Assembly (NCBI GenBank): GCA_965195285.1
Contig: CBDAFS010000025.1
Location: 1 to 15,163, forward strand
Source: an uncultured Aminicenantes bacterium
Lineage (GTDB): Bacteria > Acidobacteriota > Aminicenantia > UBA2199
Direction: 5' to 3'
Length of the DNA stretch: 15,163 nucleotides
The first letter of the stretch is position 1. Every line of letters starts with the position of its first letter. Both the position numbers and the translations under genes were made by a program. The notes under the pieces were generated by a model. It did no database searches, was not told the DNA's origin, and worked only from the letters and a program-made list of their open reading frames with translations. This document shows positions 1-7,077 of the stretch, piece after piece.

Positions 1-602
1 CCCAGGGACCAGATGTCGGAACGGTGATCCATTTTGTCTCCGGTTGCCTGTTCCGGAGACATGTAGGCCACGGTTCCCAATGTGGTTCCCTCTTTGGTGA
101 GTTTGGTCTGACCTTTCAGTTTGGCCAAGCCAAAATCCAGGATCTTTGCCACTCCTTCATGGGTGATGATAATATTAGCTGATTTGATATCACGATGAAC
201 AATTCCTTTTTGATGGGCTTTATCAAGTCCTTCGGCGATCTGGATGGCGATGTTGATGGCTTCATGTATGGGTAAGGGCGAACCGCCATTCGCCCCTACA
301 CCTGAAATTTTATCTTTTAATGTCTGGCCTTCGTAATAGGCCATGACTATGAACATTTGCCCGTCTTCGGTTTCATCGATTTCAAAGATATTGCAGATGT
401 TGGGGTGGTCCAGGGCAGAGGCGGCGCGTGCCTCATGCAGAAACCGCTTTTTGGCTTCCCTGTCGCTGGTTAGTTGAGGCGGCAGGAATTTCAAGGCAAC
501 CGTTCGCTTGAGTTTGGTGTCTTCCGCCTTATAGACCACCCCCATACCACCTGCACCAATTTTTTCTAATATCTTGTAATGAGAAACAGTTTTTCCAATC
601 AT
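1..602 (-). CDS. Hanks-type Ser/Thr protein kinase, N-terminal catalytic domain (runs off the left edge)
   Basis: Manual translation from ATG at 602 is open to the window edge: MIGKTVSHYKILEKIGAGGMGVVYKAEDTKLKRTVALK...HPNI...HRDIKSANI...KILDFGLAK...GTVAYMSPEQ...DIWSL. Gly-rich loop, VAxK lysine, HRD, DFG and SPE motifs are present. Absent from the ORF track because it has no stop in the window. Confidence 0.96.
   Translation of the reverse strand, partial: MIGKTVSHYKILEKIGAGGMGVVYKAEDTKLKRTVALKFLPPQLTSDREAKKRFLHEARAASALDHPNICNIFEIDETEDGQMFIVMAYYEGQTLKDKISGVGANGGSPLPIHEAINIAIQIAEGLDKAHQKGIVHRDIKSANIIITHEGVAKILDFGLAKLKGQTKLTKEGTTLGTVAYMSPEQATGDKMDHRSDIWSL
272..299. repeat. GTAG-type REP-like imperfect palindrome inside the kinase CDS
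   Basis: Minus strand reads GTAGGGGCGAA-TGGCGG-TTCGCCCTTAC. The 11-bp arms match at 10/11 around a 6-nt loop, the element begins with GTAG, and it encodes VGANGGSPL. Confidence 0.7.
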
Positions 603-721
603 GATTTAATTTCTATTTCACATTTGATATTAAACATGATACATTTGCCATTAAAATCTCCCATCCCCCCGGCACCCAGCTTCTCCAAAACCTTATAATG
701 AGATATAGTTTTTCCGATCAT
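599..721 (-). pseudogene. 40-codon ORF, truncated paralogous copy of the kinase N-terminus
   Basis: Translates as MIGKTISHYKVLEKLGAGGMG-DFNGKCIMFNIKCEIEIKS*. The first 21 aa match the downstream kinase at 18/21. Its TGA (601-599) overlaps the kinase ATG (602-600). Confidence 0.8.
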
Positions 722-740
722 ATTTAAACTCTTTTTGATC

Positions 741-770
741 TAAGGTTAAGGTTGAGGCTGAGGTTAAGTA
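741..770. repeat. Imperfect hexamer tandem repeat
   Basis: TAAGGT TAAGGT TGAGGC TGAGGT TAAGTA: five units of consensus TRAGGY, the last degenerate. Confidence 0.65.
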
Positions 771-1002
771 AATAGATCATCCTTCCTTCTGTCTCCTTAA
801 TTCTAAGATGATATTTGAATTTTTTCACTATCCACTGATTTATGGTTTCTCCTATCATCCATCCACATTTTTATAAAATGGTGTTTTTTCTTCATGTTCT
901 TAATAACAAATTAAGATTTTTTTTGCAATATTATTTGACAATATTTATCGATCCAGATGAATTGCTCATTAATAACTCTTAATAGCGGTTATTATTATTC
1001 TA

Positions 1003-1033
1003 TGCAAATTGGAAGTTGGCATTCCAAATTACA
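1003..1033. promoter_or_regulatory. Operator-like inverted repeat upstream of the ATPase promoter
   Basis: TGCAAATTGGAA-N7-TTCCAAATTACA, arms matching at 10/12, ending about 21 bp upstream of the -35 box. Confidence 0.5.
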
Positions 1034-1054
1034 AACTTTTTTAGGAAAAATTCA

Positions 1055-1083
1055 TTGACTATTTGGCCCAAAATCCATATAAT
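1055..1083 (+). promoter_or_regulatory. Sigma70-type promoter of the ATPase gene
   Basis: TTGACT (1055-1060), 17 bp spacer, TATAAT (1078-1083). ATG at 1090 lies at the expected +1. Confidence 0.75.
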
Positions 1084-1089
1084 AATTCC

Positions 1090-2256
1090 ATGAATGATTA
1101 TGTATATAGAGTTTTAACCAACGATATCTTGAGAAAATTAAAAAATATACCCGTAGTGGCTATACTTGGACCCAGACAATGCGGTAAATCAACATTGGTC
1201 AAAAAGTTACTTCCATCACTGAAAAACAACATTTACCTGGACTTGGAGCGTCCATCAGACATGAATAAACTCAGGGATGCCGAGGCCTTCTTTAGACTCA
1301 ATAAAGATAAGCTAATTTGCCTGGATGAGATCCAGAGAAGCCCGCAACTGTTTCCTTTGATACGCAGTGTGGTTGACGAAAGCGATAAAAACGGGCAGTT
1401 TATTATACTGGGTTCCGCCTCACCAGACCTAATAAAACAGAGTTCTGAATCCCTGGCCGGACGTATTTCTTATCTGGAATTAACACCATTTTTAATCCAG
1501 GAGTTGATACAGAATGACGGTATAGAGGAATTAAGGAAAATATGGTTGAGGGGAGGTTTCCCCAGGAGCTATCTGGCAGCTGATGAAACCGATAGTTTTG
1601 AGTGGCGAATAGATTTTATCCGCGCTTTTTTAGAACGAGATATCCCCAATCTGGGTTTTAAAATAGCCACAAAGAATATGGAAAGATTATGGAAGATGTG
1701 TGCCCATATTCATGGGCAGGTGCTTAACCGTTCAAAACTGGGAGAGTCTCTGGGAGTGTCTCATCATACTGTGCAATCCTACCTGGATATACTTTCTGAA
1801 ACATTCATTCTAAGGGTTTTACCTCCCTTTGAAGCCAACCTGAAAAAACGACTGATCAAATCTCCAAAAATCTTTGTTCGGGACTCAGGTCTCCTGCATG
1901 CACTGCTGCTTATCGAGGGGCAAAACGATCTTTTTGGCCACCCGGTTTATGGTGCCTCCTGGGAAGGTTTTGCCATGGAGAATATTCTCTCTTCTATCTC
2001 CAATTGGCAGGCTTCCTTTTTCAGGACGGCTTCTGGGGCTGAAGTGGATTTAATCCTGGAGAAAGGAACCAGGCGCGTTGCTGTTGAATTCAAGGTGTCC
2101 ACCTCACCTTTGGTTTCAAGGAGTTTCTGGACTGCTCTCGAAGATATAAAACCTGAGGAAGCCTGGATTATAGCTCCGATTGAAGAATCCTATCCCATAA
2201 AAGGAAGCGTCCAAGTCGCACCTCCCCAGATCCTGATTTCCAAGCTGCAGCGTTGA
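1090..2256 (+). CDS. AAA+ family ATPase (AAA_14 plus DUF4143-type C-terminal domain)
   Basis: Walker A GPRQCGKST, Walker B ICLDEIQ, family motifs LGSAS, SESLAGR, RGGFP, KSPKIFVRDSGL, and a C-terminal EVDL...VEFK motif. ATG 1090 is preferred over TTG 1063, which lies inside the promoter spacer. Confidence 0.9.
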   Translation: MNDYVYRVLTNDILRKLKNIPVVAILGPRQCGKSTLVKKLLPSLKNNIYLDLERPSDMNKLRDAEAFFRLNKDKLICLDEIQRSPQLFPLIRSVVDESDKNGQFIILGSASPDLIKQSSESLAGRISYLELTPFLIQELIQNDGIEELRKIWLRGGFPRSYLAADETDSFEWRIDFIRAFLERDIPNLGFKIATKNMERLWKMCAHIHGQVLNRSKLGESLGVSHHTVQSYLDILSETFILRVLPPFEANLKKRLIKSPKIFVRDSGLLHALLLIEGQNDLFGHPVYGASWEGFAMENILSSISNWQASFFRTASGAEVDLILEKGTRRVAVEFKVSTSPLVSRSFWTALEDIKPEEAWIIAPIEESYPIKGSVQVAPPQILISKLQR

Positions 2257-2357
2257 AGCTTCTCTTATCTGAATATTTGGTTGGGGACTGGAAGCCGGGG
2301 CTGAGATCAAGGATAAGTGAAGAGGATATTCTCCTTCTGACTCCTGAATTCTTTTTT

Positions 2358-3395
2358 TTAGATTTTTGACAATTTATCCCAGTAATCTTTGGGCATTTCC
2401 CGGGCCATGGTCAGGGCGCCGTTGGCTCCGACAAAAAGCGGGTCATCCACAATTTTTACCTGGCAGTGGCCATATTCTTTCATGGAATCTTCCAGGTATT
2501 CCCGGATTCCCTTGATCTGGCTTCCGCAACCGGCAATAACAATATTATTCCTGATTTTATTCTGGTATTCCGGATCAAACTTGGCAATCATCTCGGCCAG
2601 GGTTTCAATGATCGGAGGGAAGACGCTTTCACAGGATTTTTTGATCTCATCGGTAATATTGTGAATGGTGGGTTTACCCGCCACCGGTATCTTTACTTTT
2701 ACAGGATTCTGGCTGTTGCCCACAAAGCTGTTTTCCTCTTTAAAGGAGCGGACCATGTTCAGGTTGAAGGCGGATTCGGGGTGTTTATCCTTCAGCAGGT
2801 TGAATAAATGCTGGTCGATGTAATCTCCGGCGGTCAGAATGGTGCGCTGATCTTCCTCAAGCGGGATGGTACCGTGCATGATGCAAAAATCAACGGTTCC
2901 GGCACCGATATCGATGATCAGGGCATTGTTCAGTAAATTCATGCCATAGGCCACGGCAAAGGGTTCGGAAACCACGATGATGGAATGAACAAAATCGGAT
3001 ACGGCGTTGCGAATGGCCATGCGGTTGACCTTGAATGATTCGGCCGGCACGCCGACCACGGCCAATACCTTCTGGTCCTGATCGGGTTTTACCAGACCGA
3101 TCAGGTGGCGGATCAGTTCTTTGACCGATTCCTCATCCTTTTCGGTTCCCTCTTTGATGACCCCGCGCTCCAGAGGTTTGCGGATGTCCAGGGATAATCT
3201 ATTCTTGATGGCTTCCATTCCGAACAGTATGGGTTTTTTTACCACTTTGGCCGCAATAAAGTCTTTGGGCCAGCCCACATAGCTTTCAGTCCAGTTTTTG
3301 ATCCCATTGCTGGCCACAATGGCACTGCTGGATGTTCCCAGGTCAATGCCGACGAATAAATTTTCATTTTTTCCCGGTGTTGCTTCCTGTTCCAT
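2358..3395 (-). CDS. MamK-like actin-family ATPase
   Basis: Phosphate-1 GIDLGTS, catalytic-Glu segment VVSEPF, phosphate-2 DIGAGT, adenosine motif AGCGSQI. Segments recalled as MamK-typical and not MreB-typical: SYVGWPKD, VGVPA, GTIPxxEDQ, KEENSFVG, AGKP, F-D-PEYQ and a C-terminal P-x-x-YW-x-x-L. SD GGGAGG lies upstream. No symbol is given because orthology to magnetosome MamK is unproven. Confidence 0.88.
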   Translation of the reverse strand: MEQEATPGKNENLFVGIDLGTSSSAIVASNGIKNWTESYVGWPKDFIAAKVVKKPILFGMEAIKNRLSLDIRKPLERGVIKEGTEKDEESVKELIRHLIGLVKPDQDQKVLAVVGVPAESFKVNRMAIRNAVSDFVHSIIVVSEPFAVAYGMNLLNNALIIDIGAGTVDFCIMHGTIPLEEDQRTILTAGDYIDQHLFNLLKDKHPESAFNLNMVRSFKEENSFVGNSQNPVKVKIPVAGKPTIHNITDEIKKSCESVFPPIIETLAEMIAKFDPEYQNKIRNNIVIAGCGSQIKGIREYLEDSMKEYGHCQVKIVDDPLFVGANGALTMAREMPKDYWDKLSKI

Positions 3396-3414
3396 GATGC
3401 ACCTCCCTTGGCTT

Positions 3415-4464
3415 TTATTTACTGTTTTTTTGGTTTAAATAAATCACGATGCCTTCCTCTAAAAATTGGGCAATTTCTTCCCGATAATGCTCCTGGTTTA
3501 ATTTTTTTTCTTCCAGATGATTGCTGAGACAGGTCACTTCTGAAAGCACGCTGGGGATATCTACTCCCAGGAGGACGATGAATGGGGCTTTTCTGACTCC
3601 CCAGTCTTCAATGTCCCGGTGGTGTTTGCTGATGTTCCGGAATAAACTCTTCTGGATGCACAGGGCGAGCAGATTGGATTCCTGGGTTTTGATGGTGTTG
3701 CCAATTTTCTTGATGATGTCTTTAAAATCACTCAGGGTATACTGGGTCCCTTTATTTTCCTGTTCCACCAGTGAGAGGGTGTTTTTATCCGAATTGGGAC
3801 CGAAAAAGTAAGTTTCAATAACATTGGTAGGCCGGTTGGGTATATAATTAACGTGAATGGAAATATAGATGTCTGCCTGGCGAGTGTTGGCAAAATTGAT
3901 CCGGTCTTCAAGTGACAGATGGATATCGGTTTCCCGGGTCATCAATACCTTGTAGGTCTGGTACCGGTTTAGTCGATTGCGCAGCTTTCGACCTATGTCA
4001 AGGGTAATGTCTTTTTCACGGGTTCCCAGCTTTCCGATGGCCCCGGGATCCTTGCCGCCGTGGCCGGGATCGATGATGATGGTTTTGACCTTCAACCCGA
4101 ATATCCGGCTGATCGGGGTTTGCAGGTTGTTCAAGAAGCTTTGGTATTGTGAGGGGGTAGAGTTGCTGAGACGGGAACTGAGCCGGTCGGAATCCTCGGT
4201 CGGACTGAGGGAGCCGGAATCTGAAATTTGGTATTTCTTGTACTGATAAAAGGGATTTTTGTGCAGGCTTGAGTGATTGAATACCAGGTAAGCGGTCATC
4301 ATCAGCAGAGCCATGGACCCAATCATGGTGAGGGTGGTGATGATGCGCTGTCTTTTCTGGTAACTGTATTCCTGGCCCATCATCCTCAGGTTTTCCTCGT
4401 AAACGCCCCTGAGAATGGTTCTTTTGATCTGGACCGGTCTTTTTTTAAAACTGAAGATGTTCAT
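3415..4464 (-). CDS. N-acetylmuramoyl-L-alanine amidase (Amidase_3), membrane anchored
   Basis: IIIDPGHGGKDPGA, REKDITL, ISIHVN and PSVLSEV supply the His/Glu/His zinc ligands and the catalytic Glu. One hydrophobic helix at about aa 42-62 is followed by a Ser-rich linker. Confidence 0.93.
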   Translation of the reverse strand: MNIFSFKKRPVQIKRTILRGVYEENLRMMGQEYSYQKRQRIITTLTMIGSMALLMMTAYLVFNHSSLHKNPFYQYKKYQISDSGSLSPTEDSDRLSSRLSNSTPSQYQSFLNNLQTPISRIFGLKVKTIIIDPGHGGKDPGAIGKLGTREKDITLDIGRKLRNRLNRYQTYKVLMTRETDIHLSLEDRINFANTRQADIYISIHVNYIPNRPTNVIETYFFGPNSDKNTLSLVEQENKGTQYTLSDFKDIIKKIGNTIKTQESNLLALCIQKSLFRNISKHHRDIEDWGVRKAPFIVLLGVDIPSVLSEVTCLSNHLEEKKLNQEHYREEIAQFLEEGIVIYLNQKNSK

Positions 4465-4515
4465 TTTGATTCCATCATTCGGATTTTATTCAAAAAACCG
4501 CCTCCTTCTGAATAA

Positions 4516-4544
4516 AGTATAAAATAAAATCAATTTTTTTCCAA
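4516..4544 (-). promoter_or_regulatory. Candidate sigma70 promoter of the amidase-actin unit
   Basis: Minus strand TTGGAA (4544-4539), 17 bp spacer, TATACT (4521-4516), followed by SD AAGGAGG at 4507-4501. Confidence 0.5.
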
Positions 4545-4646
4545 ATTTTACCCTATTATTTCAAAAAAAAAATAGCCTGTTTCAAGCCCCATGTTTTTCG
4601 ATTCCGATGTCAAACACGACTTTAATGTAAAGCCCTGTCCCTGGCA

Positions 4647-4675
4647 TTGACAAATAGAAATTCCACTGTCATAAT
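4647..4675 (+). promoter_or_regulatory. Sigma70 promoter of the J-domain gene
   Basis: TTGACA (4647-4652), 17 bp spacer, CATAAT (4670-4675), with an extended -10 TG. Confidence 0.7.
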
Positions 4676-4684
4676 AAACCGGGG

Positions 4685-6412
4685 ATGATGATGCCGGTAT
4701 CCACTCAAACATATCCGATTTCACTGGTGCTGAAAAATATATTGACCGACCGCTTCAGCGGGGAACTGGTCATCAAAAAAAACAACCTCAACAAAAGCCT
4801 GTATTTTCAGGACGGGGATCTTGTATTTGCCCGGAGTGATGTTTTTGACGAGCGTATAGGGGTAATCCTGTATCTGCTGGGTAAACTCGATGATCAGCAA
4901 TATGAATATATCCGCAAGCTTTACCATTCCAATGACCTTGAGATCGGAGATATTTTGGTCCAGAATCAATTTATAACCCGAGATGATCTTTTTTATACTA
5001 CCCTTTTCCAGATGAAAAAAGCGGCTATCAATGCCTTTAAACTCAGCAAAGCCGAATGGGAAATGAATACCCAGGAGGTGAATTTTGAGCTGAATCCGGA
5101 ACAGCGGATTCAATTGCCTCCGATCATTGTCGAAGGAGCCCGGAAAATAGAGGACCTGTCATTTTTCCTGAGTAAAATTCAATTTCTGACTCCCCGAACC
5201 TCCCGGATTCCGGAACCGTTGAAGCAGTTGCTAACCGGTGAAGAGATTTCCCTGTACCGTCGGCTTCAGGACTGTAAACACATGTCCAACCGGGAGGTAA
5301 TTTCCAAGTTGAACCTGGATCCCCAGTTTTACTGGAAAAACATGGTGTTGTTCATACTGCTTGATATCATTGATTTTGCCCGGAACCGCCTTGAATACAG
5401 TATAGAAGATAATATCCGGAAGCTCATCGAATTTCAGGCCAAACTCAAGCAGAAGAACCTGGACCCATATCAGATTCTGGGTGTTTCCAATTCGGCCTCA
5501 AAAGCCGAATCCAAGCTGGCTTTCCTGAAATTGTCCAGACAATTTCATCCCGACCGTTACGGTTCGGCAGCGGCACCGGAGATCAAGCGGATCGCCGGTT
5601 ATGTGTTCAAGCAAATCGAAACCGCCTACAAAGGTTTGAAGAAAAAGTATAAAAAGAGCCGGACTAAAGTGCGGGAAAAGGACCGGGTCATCATGGAGGA
5701 AATTGAAAATCTGAATTTCAACCAGGATATTAACGAGAACTTTGAAATTGATCTGGAGGGTTCGGACGATCCGGAAGCCTCTGAACCGGATAAGGCGGAA
5801 ATGATTGAAATCGAGAGGGATATTCAAAAAGAAATGTACGGAGATATACAGGAGCCTGTTCCTGAACCGGAGGAGGAACCCGGTCCTTCAATTATTTCAG
5901 TTAAGGAAGAGATGAACGAAATCATTGAGCCCGGTATCTTAAAAACCGGGGAAGTCCCGATTCAGGATAAGGACCGGGAAAAAGAGGTTGTCCCGCCCAA
6001 GGTATCGGAAGCCGATATCCTGGAAGATGCAGAAGCGCTCTATTCCGAAAAAAAGTATCATGAGGCCAATAGAATTCTAAAGGCAGCTTTGAAAAAAAAT
6101 CCCGACAGGGCGGAATACCATTATCTCTTAGGGCTCTGTCAGACCCATATGGAGTTTTTTCAGGAGGAAGCGGAGCGGCATCTGAAAAAGGCTGTTGAGT
6201 TGAATCCCTGGAATTCCGATCCGGTTTATGCCCTGGGAATTTTGTTCCGGATCCAGGGGAAGACAAAGCAGGCTGCGACCTGTTTTGAACGGGTGATGAG
6301 GATCTCCAAAGACCACAGCAAAGCGGTGAAAGCCATGAGGGAACTTTCAAAAAGAAAACGAAAAAAAAGCTCCCTGTTTCCTTTTTTGAAAAAGGAAAAC
6401 AGGGGAAAATAG
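4685..6412 (+). CDS. Multidomain co-chaperone-like protein: DUF4388/PATAN-like N-terminus, J domain, acidic linker, TPR repeats
   Basis: N-terminal FSGELVI...KSLYFQDGDLVFARS...ERIG..L...G pattern. J domain DPYQILGV...LSRQFHPDRY...FKQIETAY with intact HPD at 5546-5554. Glu/Pro-rich linker. C-terminal TPR-like units (AEYHYLLG, AVELNPWN, YALG). Start is uncertain among ATG 4685, 4688 and 4691. Confidence 0.85.
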   Translation: MMMPVSTQTYPISLVLKNILTDRFSGELVIKKNNLNKSLYFQDGDLVFARSDVFDERIGVILYLLGKLDDQQYEYIRKLYHSNDLEIGDILVQNQFITRDDLFYTTLFQMKKAAINAFKLSKAEWEMNTQEVNFELNPEQRIQLPPIIVEGARKIEDLSFFLSKIQFLTPRTSRIPEPLKQLLTGEEISLYRRLQDCKHMSNREVISKLNLDPQFYWKNMVLFILLDIIDFARNRLEYSIEDNIRKLIEFQAKLKQKNLDPYQILGVSNSASKAESKLAFLKLSRQFHPDRYGSAAAPEIKRIAGYVFKQIETAYKGLKKKYKKSRTKVREKDRVIMEEIENLNFNQDINENFEIDLEGSDDPEASEPDKAEMIEIERDIQKEMYGDIQEPVPEPEEEPGPSIISVKEEMNEIIEPGILKTGEVPIQDKDREKEVVPPKVSEADILEDAEALYSEKKYHEANRILKAALKKNPDRAEYHYLLGLCQTHMEFFQEEAERHLKKAVELNPWNSDPVYALGILFRIQGKTKQAATCFERVMRISKDHSKAVKAMRELSKRKRKKSSLFPFLKKENRGK

Positions 6413-6447
6413 ATCCGGGTACGCAAAAAGGAAATGAGGTGGCTGAC

Positions 6448-7029
6448 ATGAAGATGTTCAGATTAACAGGGTTTTGTTTGGTGTTGATTCTGCTGGCCGG
6501 ATGTGCCGGCAAAAAGGCGGGTACCGAACCGTCAACCATGATTGATGTTCCCAAGCTGAATATTGCACCGGATCCGGGAATGTACAAAGTTCTCCAGGTG
6601 ATCAAGCGGTTTGGGAATAAGACCATAGATCACCTGAGCTATGCCGAGGTTAAGAAACGGGAAGCCACAGCGCAAAATGCCACATTTAATCCGGATGTGT
6701 TCTATGACCAGTATGTGCTGGACCTGAATGAAAAAAATTACTGGATTACCGTCACATTCCGGACAGCGACTCGGGCCAGGAGAAGGGATTCCCGCATTCG
6801 GGATCTGATGCAAAATTTTCCTGAAAATGCCATTGATATGCTGTTGAAAACACCCGCCAATAAAATCTTTTTATTGAGTGACAGCAATGGTGACGGTGTG
6901 CTTGATTTTGCCAGACCCGAGGGCAAACAGCATAAGCTGACCGTGGATATCGAATTCCTCAAGGCTATGCAGCAGAAGTATGGCTGGATTCTGGGTATTA
7001 TCAAACGCCACTATAAACGAAATAAATAA
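6448..7029 (+). CDS. Putative lipoprotein of unknown function
   Basis: MKMFRLTGFCLVLILLAG-C signal with lipobox LAGC. GAGGTG lies 6 nt before ATG 6448 (the ORF track starts at GTG 6439). Contains a DSNGDG motif. Confidence 0.8.
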   Translation: MKMFRLTGFCLVLILLAGCAGKKAGTEPSTMIDVPKLNIAPDPGMYKVLQVIKRFGNKTIDHLSYAEVKKREATAQNATFNPDVFYDQYVLDLNEKNYWITVTFRTATRARRRDSRIRDLMQNFPENAIDMLLKTPANKIFLLSDSNGDGVLDFARPEGKQHKLTVDIEFLKAMQQKYGWILGIIKRHYKRNK

Positions 7030-7077
7030 ACTACCAGAATATGAGTGTTGCAATCAGTAAAGACGGAGGCCACCATT

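Noticed and set aside
803-895. 30-codon minus-strand ORF MKKKHHFIKM...
   Set aside because: No SD and no recognisable motif. Expected by chance in an AT-rich spacer.
1-2256. Kinase plus ATPase as an anti-phage defence system or mobile element
   Set aside because: The genes are divergent and both families are common as stand-alone paralogs. No integrase, transposase, terminal repeats or known defence partner is visible.
2334-2352. CTTCTGA CTCCTGA ATTCT heptamer-like repeat followed by a T run
   Set aside because: Only about 2.5 units and no convincing stem, so it is too weak to call a repeat or terminator.
2358-3395. Calling the actin mreB, or calling the locus a magnetosome island
   Set aside because: MreB-typical motifs (GIDLGTANT, IEEPMAAA, GGGT) are absent and no mreC/mreD is adjacent. 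No other magnetosome gene is recognisable in the window, so magnetotaxis cannot be inferred.
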